DNA of 63,578 bases, the filler included, from Lenisia limosa (taxonomy: Eukaryota; Protista; Breviatea), in assembly GCA_001655205.1 (NCBI GenBank). It is 12 parts of 12 records of this genome, joined end to end, with 100 filler letters (N's around TTAATTAATTAA, not from the genome) between each part and the next. Parts side by side here need not be neighbours in the genome. Positions count along the whole stretch, not along the records: positions 24,610 to 29,195 come from LPNZ01007341.1; positions 29,296 to 31,528 come from LPNZ01006608.1; positions 31,629 to 40,733 come from LPNZ01008591.1; 9 more parts are not named here. The stretch is one strand, 5' to 3'. The translations under genes and the position numbers were made by a program. Under the pieces are notes generated by a model. That model did no database searches and had not been told where the DNA came from. It saw only the letters and a program-made list of their open reading frames with translations. Positions 24,624 to 37,940 of this stretch are shown piece by piece (position 1 is the first letter of the stretch; the number at the start of each line of letters is the position of its first letter).

Positions 24624-27600
24624 ACTCCAGCTTTCACATTGAAACTCCTCCAACATGACTCACCCCTCAGCTTTGTTCCATCTTCTGCACAAGCAACATT
24701 CCACTCCCATCGGGTAGGTTTTCTGATTGATTACCTTGTTAAATCAGGCTTTTTTTTAATTTAAATTCTTTGTTTATTAAGCCTTATTTTTTGATGATAA
24801 TAATAATTGTATCATCTGTCCAAAGCTGCACTTCGGTTTGAAAAAGTCTAGTAAAATATCGATGTTTTCGAGGATTTATCGACAAATTCAGTCTTTTGTT
24901 GAACCGAAGTATACATAATATGTCGGAACATTTTAGTACATATTTCCCAAATAAATCACTACAACATCACATTCCCCTAATAATTCAGTACAATATCTCA
25001 CGACGGCGGTCTTGACGCCATATGTCTCGATGTCCCTCGAACCCTACAAGGCCTCGCGTTTTTCAGGGAGGATGGTGGGTCCGGTCGAATACTTGATTTC
25101 ATAAACATGCCAATTTATCGAGAATTTAGTCTTTTTTAAGAACAGAATGAGCATGTAGTTCCGTGGAACGGTTCACTTGCGGTTCCATAAAAGGAATATG
25201 TTTCCATCAATCGTCGAATCTATATCGATATATCATATAATATATCATACATATGATATGTATATATGATATAGTATATATTATTAGCTCATCGTGTTGG
25301 GACTTGGTGTACAGTTTAAAGCCGATTTGCTGCAAAAATAATATTGAAAAAACCGGACACAAAAAATTATATTTGAAAATGGAATAATATGAAAAAGACA
25401 GAGCTTGGAAGGATCAAAAAGGAGCGAGGGGGTGTGGTGGTAATTAAGAGAAGCGTAAACCTGTTTTAAATCAAATCCGATTTCCTTATACAAAATAAAA
25501 ATAAAAATAATTATTGCTACGTATTATACTTTCTTTCATATTTGTTTACATAGTTGCGCTACCACCCAAAGCAGACTATCAATTTTAAAAGAACATAAAC
25601 TCCACCAGATGACTACTATGGGAGTGTCAATTGGAGCTTGCAACAGTGATGCCCACCTCCCTTGCCTACATTAGACAGGCATGCTTGCAACATTCTAAAT
25701 AGCAACCACATTGGCAGCACTCGCACTGAGTATCGAACAAAGGAACGTTATATTTGATGAGTACAACAAACTTCTTGGCCTTTTTTAGGGTGATGTACTT
25801 GAGTGATGTGATGGTGACGTACTTCAATAATATGATGAGAAACTATAAAGATATTCAAAAACTTACCGTACAATAACTAGATAGTGTTGAATAAAAGCTA
25901 AAAGGCCTGTTGTGAAGCTCCTTTGAAGAAGGTTACAGAAAGAATGAATTACAAACATCTTCATGAGAATGGACTCTTTTGAGAGTGCCTTTCCGGGTAT
26001 TGGCTTAGACTGATTTGTAAAAGGGCTTCACAACAAACCTCAACTTCAGAAAGTGAACGTCAGACGTTTGTATGAGCAATTTATTCCACACACACACACC
26101 ACTATTATAGCCACCTACACTGACACATTATTATTACCATTATAAACCCACCATTAGCCCAACCGAGTTAAATTTGGGCTTTTTTTTTTGTTCCATAGTT
26201 GTTCCAATTATACCCCCCCCCTCATCACCCCCCACAGGCCCGGACCGGCCGCGACTGCAGAATGTGGTTGAGGCTTCCACTCGCCACCGGCCCGACCTGG
26301 GCTATGTCCAGGGTGGGGGGTATGAATACGTATAAATGATATGTGTTGTTCACATATATTACACAGTGACCGTGATAAGTCCTGGTCGATTTTTCTTGGG
26401 ATATTATCACACATCAAATCGGTCAAGACTTATCCCGGTCACTGTACATTAGATGAATATCGGTTTTATGGGGGTATAATTGAGTTGTATAAAGGGTGGG
26501 CATTGATATCATAAACTATTTATCATGACTAGTGCTTCCCTATGGTCCCAAAAAAGACAGAATTTATCGATAAATCCTCGATCAATATCGATATTATCAC
26601 GTTCTTTTTCGGACCGCAGGGAAGCTCTAATCGACTTGTGCAGAGTTGTAAGTAGGGCTTCACTTCAGTTCGAAAAAATACTGAATTTCTCGATAAATCC
26701 TCGAAAATTATCGATATTTTACCAGTGTTTTGCGAACCGAAGTGAAGCCCTAGTTGTAAGACAAATGACAGTTAGTTGATATTATGCTATAATTATTGCG
26801 TGATGGTGTGGACAGCTTACGGCCAAACACAACCTTGTTTTTTTATTTCTCAATGCCATTATTATATTCTACAGACATATACTATGTCATTATGATCCCC
26901 CCCCCCCCAGGCATGTCCTACGCAGTGGCGATGCTGCTTCTGAGTCTCAATGAAGACGAAGCCTTCGTCATCTTCCAGGTAGGAATGGGAGGGGGAGTCG
27001 AGAGACAGGAATGGGCTTTGTTTCAGGTAGCAAGAGAAATAATATAGCAACATTAGAAATCTAGGGGAAACAAATAAAGTACATATAAACAAATTACAAT
27101 GCCTCCGCGCGTAGGAAGAATTTCAAGTGGGATTAAAAATTGACTTGGTTTCCCTCTTTTTCAATGGATGTGGTTTTTCTTTTTCAATTTCTTTTTGTAT
27201 TGATAATTCTTCCTGTTTTTTTTTGTTTTTTAAAAGCTTGACACAACGTTTTTTTGTTTCTCATCTCGATATCGATATATCATATTTATTAGGGCTCCGA
27301 AATAAATTTTTTGAGGAAATTAATTGACACAATTGGAAATTAAAGTGTCTGAAAAGGGGTTCTGGTTACACTATGTCACTCGTCAAATTTGCAACTATTT
27401 TTTTCAATTAATTGCACAGGGCCCTACTATTTATTAAAAGCCCATTTTGAAGATCGGTACAGAACCTTTTCTGATCATTTAGTCGATATGCTTCACTCCC
27501 CTGTACTCGACATTTTACAGCGTTCAAACAGACAAGGTCTGTTACTATTTTGTTCACCAAATTATTGTGTATTAATAGTAATATGATATCATATGATATA

Positions 27601-29081
27601 GTATAGCTACATGTATATCATATGTTAGAGGTTCACTCTAACTAGGTTTCAAATACTGTACAAATCAGTCTGCTCTGATAAACCCATTACCCAAATAGCC
27701 CCCTCATATACACCCATCTTTGTGCCTTGCCTCTCGCATCATTGAACTGGTCATTCGTTTGTCTTTTTCACTGGTCATGCATTTGTCTCTATCACTAGTC
27801 ATGCATTTATTTATTTCTCCATTCTCACTGACAGTTAACTATGACTTCTTCTTCATGTCATTGAACCACCTTTATCGTTCGTCTTGTCTTTGTCTCCTTT
27901 TCTCACCCTATTGCAGCTTGAAGTTTACTATGACTTCTTCTTCACATCATTGGAGCGGCTTTCATCGTCAGCGTTCCAACACTTGATACGGGTGGGGAGT
28001 ACGGGGAGATGTACAATAGTATTATTATATCTAATATTATTTGATATGCATATAGTATGTATATAGTATGTAATGTATTGTAATCTAATTGTTTACGTTA
28101 TTTTATTTTTTGGGAGGTGTAAGGGGATATTGGCTAAGGGGTGTTTCAGTGGGAGTAGGGGGGGGGGGNNNNNNNNNNNNNNNNNNNNNNNNNNNNNNNN
28201 NNNNNNNNNNNNNNNNNNNNNNNNNNNNNNNNNNNNNNNNNNNNNNNNNNNNNNNNNNNNNNNNNNNNNNNNNNNNNNNNNNNNNNNNNNNNNNNNNNNN
28301 NNNNNNNNNNNNNNNNNNNNNNNNNNNNNNNNNNNNNNNNNNNNNNNNNNNNNNNNNNNNNNNNNNNNNNNNNNNNNNNNNNNNNNNNNNNNNNNNNNNT
28401 CTGGCCGTGTGGGCTGTAGATCAAATTATTTATTCGGTATGAAGGGGGGGTAAAAAATGGAAAATATTTGAAACAAAGGGAAGGGAACCATGTATTTCTT
28501 TGGTTCCCTCGATTTCAGTGTATTTGTTTCAAAAAAAAAGAACCTCTCTCATCCAATCTCAATTTCTTGGTACCATATCCCCTCTCTCCAATATCCATAA
28601 TATTGATATCATATCACTTTTTTGGTCGGTTGAACTATCATTTTCCACGCAGTGATATGATACCTCATATCCACTCGTTTGATAATTGACCGACCAGTTT
28701 CAATGATACTCTGATACACTCGGGACGAACCCTCGTGTTATCTTCGTTCATTTCGACTTGCAAGTCGGTCATATGATCATATCATTACTCCCCCTTTACG
28801 AGTTGATTTTAGTCTCTTTTTTTTTTTCTNNNNNNNNNNNNNNNNNNNNNNNNNNNNNNNNNNNNNNNNNNNNNNNNNNNNNNNNNNNNNNNNNNNNNNN
28901 NNNNNNNNNNNNNNNNNNNNNNNNNNNNNNNNNNNNNTTTTACCCCCTTAACCTCTTTTTACCCCTTTAGCCTGAAGAAGCATTCTTTGCAGTGTCATTG
29001 GCGGTCGTGCTTCTTCTTGAGCCCTTTTTCTCAGGGCTCGATATGGTGGCAACTGTCCGTTTACTCAGCCATGTTCCAGAG
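24624..29081 (+). CDS. Rab-GAP TBC domain protein (TBC1D12/14-like), partial
   Basis: ICLDVPRTL (Arg finger), DLGYVQGMSY (Gln finger), EDEAFVIF, YYDFFFTSLE...FQHL, EEAFFAVSLAVV. Confidence 0.88.
24822..24912. mobile_element. MITE family A, eroded ends (intronic)
   Basis: cacttcggtttgaaaaag ... gaaccgaagt with family core. Confidence 0.8.
26360..26448. mobile_element. MITE family G (CAGTG ends, Tc1/mariner-like)
   Basis: acagtgaccgtgataagtcctggtcgattt ... aaatcggtcaagacttatcccggtcactgta. Confidence 0.8.
26530..26629. mobile_element. MITE subfamily B, reverse orientation (intronic)
   Basis: tagtgcttccctatggtccc ... ggaccgcagggaagctcta. Confidence 0.85.
26653..26752. mobile_element. MITE family A, reverse orientation (intronic)
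   Basis: TA-GGGCTTCACTTC ... GAAGTGAAGCCC-TA. Confidence 0.9.
27290..27426. mobile_element. Family C element with TAGGGC/GCCCTA ends; related pieces near 15440-15500 and 17698-17748
   Basis: Terminal inverted hexamers plus shared internal aattaattg..aaagtgtctgaaa and tttttcaattaattgca segments. Confidence 0.6.
28650..28787. mobile_element. MITE family H (GTGATATGA/TCATATCA ends)
   Basis: Shares gtgatatgatacctcatatccactcgt and actctgatacactcg with 29921-30033 in reverse orientation. Confidence 0.75.
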
Positions 29082-29439
29082 GTGGGGGTCCATGATGTTG
29101 TGGGTGATGGTGGTAACGATGAAGGGAATGTTGACGATGGGATGCGATGTTTACAGAAGCGATTGGACTGGGCTTTGTTTGTTGTGTTGTTTTCANNNNN
29201 NNNNNNNNNNNNNNNNNNNNNNNNNNNNNNNNNNNNNNNTTAATTAATTAANNNNNNNNNNNNNNNNNNNNNNNNNNNNNNNNNNNNNNNNNNNNGTGAT
29301 ATTGCTGATGGTAGGGGTGGGTAAATATATAGATATTTGTAAAGAGATGAAAGAAGAAGAAAAAGCAAGGTTCCATGGATAGTGACACTGTAGACAAAAG
29401 ATGCCATAAAAATACAATACTTCCTTGGGGTGTACCCAC

Positions 29440-30726
29440 CTGATGAATGCAACATAGCCGTCAGGTCGTGAGTTGGTCACATCAGAAAGGTGCTTTTTCA
29501 GAAGATCATAGCTCGCATAATAGCTACAACGTCAGAAGGAAAGACTGAAAACTCCCTTGGAACATATACAATATCTTTCTCCGTCCCATTTACCATCTCA
29601 ACCATACCCCTTTATGACTGATAATCTTCTTATCATAATGATGGGAAATCTTAAATGCACCCACCCACTTGCCCCCCCCCCCNNNNNNNNNNNNNNNNNN
29701 NNNNNNNNNNNNNNNNNNNNNNNNNNNNNNNNNNNNNNNNNNNNNNNNNNNNNNNNNNNNNNNNNNNNNNNNNNNNNNNNNNNNNNNNNNNNNNNNNNNN
29801 NNNNNNNNNNNNNNNNNNNNNNNNNNNNNNNCTCGTGTCTCGCAATGCCGACAAACGCATTCTGTGAAATAAGACGCCGATCTAACGACGGGAACAATCG
29901 ATATTTTGAGCTGTATCCACTAGTGATATGACCATATGACTGACTTTCGGGATCAAAAAAATGAAAGACGATAGCACAAGGGTTGATTTCGAGTGTATCA
30001 GAGTACGAGTGGATATGAGGTATCATATCACTACACCGAAAATGATGCTCACATATGTACAACGTGATATGATTGTATCGAAGGCTTATGAGAAATGAAT
30101 GTTTTCAAAATGCTTCACTTTAGAAGTGGCAAGCACTGGGGTAAAAAAAAAGTTATTTCCCCCATTTATAGATTATTGATTCCAACCTCCCCCCCCCCCC
30201 CCCNNNNNNNNNNNNNNNNNNNNNNNNNNNNNNNNNNNNNNNNNNNNNNNNNNNNNNNNNNNNNNNNNNNNNNNNNNNNNNNNNNNGCTTGTAATCTAAA
30301 ACTGTCAGAAAATAAAAGGTTGTAGATAATTAACCCGCAATTGTAGCTTGGAATGACTCTATCTATAAAAAGCCCCTCCATTAAAATATAAACGCTCGAC
30401 CATTGTCCAATAAGCCTCCTTTAGCATATTTTCATAAGCACAGTCATCACACTTTTCAGTTCCAACACTTCCACCCTTTTGCGGCGAAAGCCATCATACC
30501 GAGTTTTAACGACATCAAACGGCGTAGTGATACACGTCACAAGCAAGGCGCCAGAGAGGCCGGCTAAAGTCTGTCGCGTAGTTGGAGACGCCCTTCGGAG
30601 AGCATCACTAACAAAGCCAAGACGAAGGGCTTGGTACGTGGCGTGACGGAATCGGGCACGAGGATTGGAGGTTGGGAGCGTGAGGATAGTGGGAGGGAGA
30701 AGCGAGTTAATGGCAGGTGCTTGCAT
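29440..30726 (-). CDS. Mitochondrial carrier, SLC25A39/40 (Mtm1)-like, 3' truncated
   Basis: Carrier signature TTPFDVVKTR after AGLSGALLV; NAFVGIARHE; YYASYDLLKKHL. Confidence 0.8.
29921..30033. mobile_element. MITE family H in an SLC25 intron
   Basis: TAGTGATATGA ... TCATATCACTA perfect 11-bp terminal inverted repeat. Confidence 0.8.
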
Positions 30727-30757
30727 TACTGTGTGAGATAGCGAACTACTTGTTATT

Positions 30758-31400
30758 CTACAGGGATTCATATAAGGAGGGATGAAGACTGAAGAAGATG
30801 ACGACGGATCGCCAATCTTCAAACCATTTAACCCCCTTTTCAGTGATCTACCAATTCTACACTGTTGTTTTATTTACGAATGAAGTGCCTTTACAATCTT
30901 ATCACATTCACATTCATGAAAATCCGTTGGAAAGTTGGCTTAAATTGGTGCTTGAGAAAACTAGGGCACCCTATTTTTGCAAGCTGAAACAAAACGTCCT
31001 CAAACTAGCCCCTGCCCATATATCAGTATATCAGCCAATCATAGCCTTGTCAGAGAAGCTCTGCACCCCCCCTATCACAAACTTATAAACCTTCACAGAC
31101 ACATGCAGATGGGGGGGGGGGNNNNNNNNNNNNNNNNNNNNNNNNNNNNNNNNNNNNNNNNNNNNNNNNNNNNNNNNNNNNNNNNNNNNNNNNNNNNNNN
31201 NNNNNNNNNNNNNCCAAAGAACTGCATTGAGAGTCTATCCGTAATACCATGCACCATGCGCCGCACTATGGCTGTTGTAAGTTGTTGAAAATAATGCGAT
31301 CACTGGAGGGATTCGTCAGTCTTGACAATGGCATCAACAAGGTAGCCCTTGGACTTGTGGAGCGCGCTGTGGGCTTCTTCTTTGGTACAGCCCGTAACGG
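30758..31400 (-). CDS. Protein with UBA-like segment, partial
   Basis: ISVTGCTKEEAHSALHKSKGYLVDAIV resembles NAC/HYPK/DCN1-type UBA folds; downstream exons end SLYESL*. Confidence 0.4.
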
Positions 31401-32127
31401 AGATGACTACAAGTAATAAATAATGTGAACATTGGGCATTTTGAAAGCTGAATCGTGCCGAAGCCGTATACACCATCTTGTTACTAAAGGCTACAGATTA
31501 CAGAAAGCTATGCAACCAATACATATGGNNNNNNNNNNNNNNNNNNNNNNNNNNNNNNNNNNNNNNNNNNNNTTAATTAATTAANNNNNNNNNNNNNNNN
31601 NNNNNNNNNNNNNNNNNNNNNNNNNNNNGGCAAAAGGGGTAATTTAACCACAGCAATAATTGAGAAGCCAGCGCGAGCTGATAAGTTCGATTGAAGAACA
31701 CAAACACAAAACAAAACAAAAACATAAGGATAGAAGAAAATGAGATGAAGGCAAGGGTCTTTTTTTTGAAGGAAAAACATCAAGATCTTTTAGTCTAGTT
31801 AGAATAAAAAAATCCATAACCCCACTGTTAAAGCTGGCAGTATCAACAGTCGCCATCTTGAAGCACTTGAAAAGCTTTGACAATGGGAGGAGAAGTGGGG
31901 GGGGGGGCAGAGCCTCAAGGCCAATCCACTTTCAAAATTCAAATTAGCTTATAATTTCCTCTCATCTGAAGTGAAGAAGAGGGGAAAAGGGGAAAGCAAG
32001 GGGAAAATAATGGGAACAAAAGATGCAGGACATGGCTCGGAATTGACCGTCATCACAATCCCAGAAACCAAAAACTGCTAAAAAAATTGTCAATAACACA
32101 GCCAACAACTCTGTTTATAAAGACAAA

Positions 32128-34219
32128 ATGAAGATTGATAGGAAGAAAGACTTTTTGCTTTTTGCAAAAGAGTCACCATTTCTCTCTGAGAAGCCTATAG
32201 AACCAGAGAACCAACGTTCTGCATTTATGAAGATTGCACGGCAAATATCAAAAGAACTTGAGGCAGTTACGAGAGGTCTTCAAACTCTTACCAAAAGTTA
32301 GTTGCTTTGGTTTTTCAGTGTCTTTCGCCCCTTCTTCTTCCCCTTGGCTTACTTTGCATTAGTGACTTCAAGCACCCTGACTCCGGTTTCCGAAATCGAC
32401 GAAATGATCCACCGTGTCCAAAAGGACTTCACTGATGTTCACACTAAACTCGACCGTTTTAGGGGGCACTTCTCCTCCAAATCTGAGAACTCAACAAACT
32501 CAGCTGTTGTACTGTCGCTACAATCGTCATTGGCTGAGTCTTCTGGGGCATTCCAGTCCATCATTTCACAACGCCAAAAAGTTGGTGGTTTCTTTCCTCT
32601 GTTTCTCGCTGTTTAAAAAGTTACAGGCATGGCGGCTTGCTTCGTTGCAAACCAATTCCTTTTCAATATGTTTCAAATCCTTTCAACGAGTCAAGTATTA
32701 GTCATAAATTTTGTTATAATCTTGTGTTATTACTATTTTACTTTTGTCCATTATCTCATATAAGCGTGATGGAGTGGATACAACTCTCTATTTATTTCTC
32801 ACAAACGAAATCAGCAGGTTTTCAGTATCATATATCCTCGATAATATCGAAATACAGCGTTTTCCTGAACCAAGAGTGGAGCCCTAACCACCAGATGATG
32901 TCATCGACGATGATGAGGCGAAATGACCTATCAGCGCCTTCGTTGTACACAGAAACCCAGGCTCCAGTGGGGGGGGGGGGGGCTTAGNNNNNNNNNNNNN
33001 NNNNNNNNNNNNNNNNNNNNNNNNNNNNNNNNNNNNNNNNNNNNNNNNNNNNNNNNNNNNNNNNNNNNNNNNNNNNNNNNNNNNNNNNNNNNNNNNNNNN
33101 NNNNNNNNNNNNNNNNNNNNNNNNNNNNNNNNNNNNNNNNNNNNNNNNNNNNNNNNNNNNNNNNNNNNNNNNNNNNNNNNNNNNNNNNNNNNNNNNNNNN
33201 NNNNNNNNNNNNNCTGAGACAAACAATTATTACTATGAGACAATATTGACCATTATAAGACATGATTGTGACAGTCTTCACATTGTTTGGCATTACGAAC
33301 CAGCAATGCATTGACCATTAATAATGACGACTTCAGACACAAGCTAGTGGACCCGGACAAATGCAGGGCCAGGTTGAGCCATCCTACATTCATGCGCGTC
33401 ACAATGCAATGACAAGTGTTCAGAGCACTCTCGTAGAACTTGGTGGGTAAAGTGAAGGAAATTTGAAAGGGTACTAATATCACAAAATTTTTTTGGCATT
33501 TTTTTTGGAAACAGGCAAGCCCGGTTTTGATACCCCTGACCTTCCTTTTACCCACCCTCCTTCCCGCTTACAGTTAGATCGAGCGATTTTTTTTATGTTG
33601 TCATTTGCTTCTGTCCAGGTTTATGTTTTGTGCTAATAATTATCCTTCTTTTCTTCTTTGTTTCAAATTAATTATGCATGTACATGACGCTAATATTCTT
33701 CACTCCCTCCCAATCACCCCCCAGGAACAGCATATACGAAGCTTAGTGAAATCGTTGTGGCCCAAGATGATTTGATTATGCGGTGGGAGGGGGGGCGTAA
33801 TGGAATATTTTGTGAAGCAAAGGAATGTTATTATACTGGGGAAACGGCTTCTATGATAGATAGTGTTCTCTTGCAGATGAGATATTTATTGTACATTGGT
33901 ATGCAGGGAACGCAATGAAGCGTGTCAGAGTTTAATTGAGTTGTCGGTACTACTGGGCTTCCCTTATTATTACGAGGAGTTATGAGTTTGTTACAATATG
34001 TTCATATTATGATGACCCATCACGGGTTGGCTATTTATTATCATTTAAAAATGACCATGCAGGATTGACACGGATATTGACGAGGCTACCACTTTTGTTG
34101 AAGCTGGCCAGACCGAACTGATGAAGTACCTTGCTTCGATATCAGCCAATAGATGGATGCTGTTGAAGATCTTCTTCGTGTTATTTGTTGTTTTGTTCCT
34201 TGTTATTTCGGTGGTGTAA
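32128..34219 (+). CDS. STX5: Syntaxin-5 (Sed5/SYP3) Qa-SNARE
   Basis: RSAFMKIARQISKEL, VVLSLQSSLAESSGAF, SYIHARHNAMTSVQSTLVELG, RIDTDIDEA...ELMKYLASISANRWMLLKIFFV TM tail. Confidence 0.92.
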
Positions 34220-34628
34220 ATCTCGGGTTGTGGTAGTTGTTTCATCAGAATGCTGACGTTAACAGCATTGATCAGTCGTTCTTAGGTAACTTTTCCAGTT
34301 TTGCGATGTATTTTATTTATTATGTCTTAAGTTCCAAAGACTCAGCCAATAAATAGTATGAAAGATGATGCCTGGTATCTTGAAAGGGAAGAGGGGAAGG
34401 AAGGTGGATGAAGAGTAAGGAGAGGGGAAGGAAGGTGGATGAAGAGTAAGGAGAGGATGAGAAACGTCAGTAAAACAACATGCGATTGTGTGAAGAGTGA
34501 TAAAAAAAAAAGAGAATCGGAAAGTAAGACAGGCAAGGCAGCAGCTGTATAGTCTTTCCAGAAAAACACTTGAACCGAAATTGGTTTTGTTCTGAGAACA
34601 TGTTTATTGCAAAAGAGCAAATAACAGC

Positions 34629-35269
<641 letters not shown>

Positions 35270-35669
35270 GTTCTCTTTTAACAGTCCCTAAGGGGATAAG
35301 AAATGAAGCAAAAAATAGCAATGAACTCTTCAAGAAGAAAATATAATAAGACTATAACTGGTTTAAATACAGATTCACTCCGCTTACACAGGGAAAAGGT
35401 CTGAAAATAACAAAAAATCTTGTTCAAAAGGGAAAATAGGTGACAACAGTTCAGTTCAAAAATGAGAGGGGAAAGTAATTTCGGAATTATTTAATTCTCT
35501 CTCTGATTTTGAATTATTAGGGCTTATCACTGTTGTTGACGGCTGTAAAACTTAAAGACCTTTTTTTCATTTTGTTGTATACTATATCAGCAAGTATAGC
35601 AAGGATTTTACCATAAAGAACGAACTATGATGTGAGTTCTGATCGTTTTTGCCCTTAAGTTGTGCAGTA

Positions 35670-37605
35670 ATGGCCCATATATGGCGTTGGTACAATGTTT
35701 GCCTTTTAAAGCACCCGCTAATTGCAAAACCGATCACTGCTGCGTTCATAGCGGGATGCGGCGACATTACTGCTCAGTCTCTGAGCTACCGACTCCCATC
35801 CAATGCTTTTTTTTGCAAAAGATTCCCGAATCTTGCGGCTCCTACCGGCGAGGCATTGCAAAGACGCGAGTTCGTATGGAAGCCAAAGAGAACCCTTCGC
35901 CTTGCAAGCCTTGCCTTCACCTTTACTCCAGCAGTGCATAAGTATGATAGAGGGAAAGTGATTTGATTTGTGTTTCAATGATATATTATTGACGGCTTTT
36001 TTTCTGTTCAAGATCGTCACATATATGCATCTTGATCTCACACATGAAGCTGGTACATCATCCTTGATCGGCTTTTTGGTGTGAGCTTTGGAAGGCCGTT
36101 AGCTTTGAAAATGGCCCTTGATCAAACAGTCTTCTCCTCCACTGCAATCACGTGGGTTCAATATCAGACATATCTCTTAAGGAGGCTCAACGAAACTGAT
36201 ATGCTCAAGTGGATTAGGCAACATTCTTACATACTCACAACTATATTCTAAGTATTTATTAAATCAGTATCCAGCCAATATACAAATATGTACCATAGTA
36301 AAGATATTTTACCATGGAAGTACAGGCATATGCAATGATATCATATTGTACAGTCATATACAATGATATTATATTTTATCATCTGCTGTTTTATTTTCTT
36401 AGATATAACTTCTTCTACAACAGTCTTGTTCAAGGCAAATCAGTCAACCAGTCCTTCGAAGTAAGCGTCTGAACGGGATAGTTGAATAGTATATTTAGAA
36501 TGACATCTGCTTTCCTACTCATTCCAATCAGCCATCTTTCAATTAGTGTTTATTATATGATAGAAGAAAAAAAAAGGGGGGGAGGGGAGTTGGTTATATG
36601 ATAGAGAGAGAGGGGGTGGAGGGGCATAACAAACATCTTTGGTTCCAAAAAAGACTTAAAGCAGGTTGGTTTCAATTTTCAAAAAAAAACTCCATCAAAA
36701 TCATCATAAATCAGTCTACTCCCTGCTTATTTATAATAACTTGTCTAAATAAACAGAAAGGAGAAGTAGAGCAGGGTTGTGATCTCTTTCGGCTGTAAAA
36801 TACAATTTTATACATTTAAGCTTGAGAACATCTTTAATTGTGCCCAATGTAAACATAAACTGTGGCTCAGCAGCAATTTGACCTCACAACGGTGGAGATT
36901 AAATCTTAAAACCACTAAATCCAGAGATTTCGTTGATGCAGTTAAAAGAAAGTTATTAATTTGCCAGAGAAAAGCCGTAAAAGAACTAGTAACCCGAGGT
37001 CTTGCATTCGCCTATGTAAGTGCATTGACCGAAACTCCGAGGTGAAAATCTGGTTTACCAACCTGCCTTAAATTCTTGATTAATTCAAGAAACCTATCGA
37101 TGGTTACATGTCTTTTTCAAACCACAATAACTCCTGCACGCATATTGAGCTCTATCATTAGTCAATCGTGTCAGGAATTTTTGTGGACACTTTATGTGGA
37201 TCCCTGAATATGAATATAATGATATCATAATGTGTATCGCTCACAAAGCTGCACTTTAATCCTTGCAGGTTTGGAAGAACAAATTCACGAGGGCGTATAG
37301 GTGGTCATGTGTTGTTTGGTTTGTGGGTTATTTTTATGATGTCGAAATTAGAACAAGAAAAGTCTGAAATGACATGGAAATATGTTTTTTAAAAGGTATT
37401 GTTTTGGACTCCGTGAATTAATGACAGCCTGAAATGGGAGTCTTGTTAAAATACATTTACCCCACCACTCAGGCCAGCAGCACAGTTCGTGATTATCGGT
37501 TTTGTGCCCATGCCTCTCAGAGTATTGGCCGGAAATTCCGTTTCTTTCTTCTGGAACATTATCATGAGTACAATCAATCACACTCCCAACCCAAAATGTG
37601 AGTGA
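35670..37605 (+). CDS. Mpv17/PMP22 family membrane protein
   Basis: HPLIAKPIT...GDITAQ, KRTLR, KMALDQTVF, VWPAAQF...VPMPLRV...FFWN. Confidence 0.92.
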
Positions 37606-37732
37606 CAAGGCGGCTGCATCAATTATTCACGGACAACCTTGTTTTTTTCTCATCTATATTCACTGAACCAATTATGTCAGAATATTTTATATCATAGAAA
37701 AATCTATCATATAGCCGAGTGAGTCCGAGTGA

Positions 37733-37816
37733 GCCCAAAAAAGACTGAATTTATGGAATAATCCTCGATAAATATCGATATTTTTATGGTTTTTTTCGGA
37801 CTGTAGGGAAGCCTTA
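37733..37816. mobile_element. MITE subfamily B, left end eroded (intergenic)
   Basis: Family core plus cggactgtagggaagcc. Confidence 0.75.
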
Positions 37817-37940
37817 TATATCACATATCTAGTAGTATTATAGTATGTTTTACTAAATAGAATATATATATACTACTACTACGTAAATAATATGTAATCA
37901 TGCCCTTTCTTGTATTCATATTCCAGGATACGTGTGTCAT

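Noticed and set aside
21107-33311. ORF-track entries spanning N-runs (many of 80-190 aa)
   Set aside because: Length is inflated by X residues from masked or gap bases
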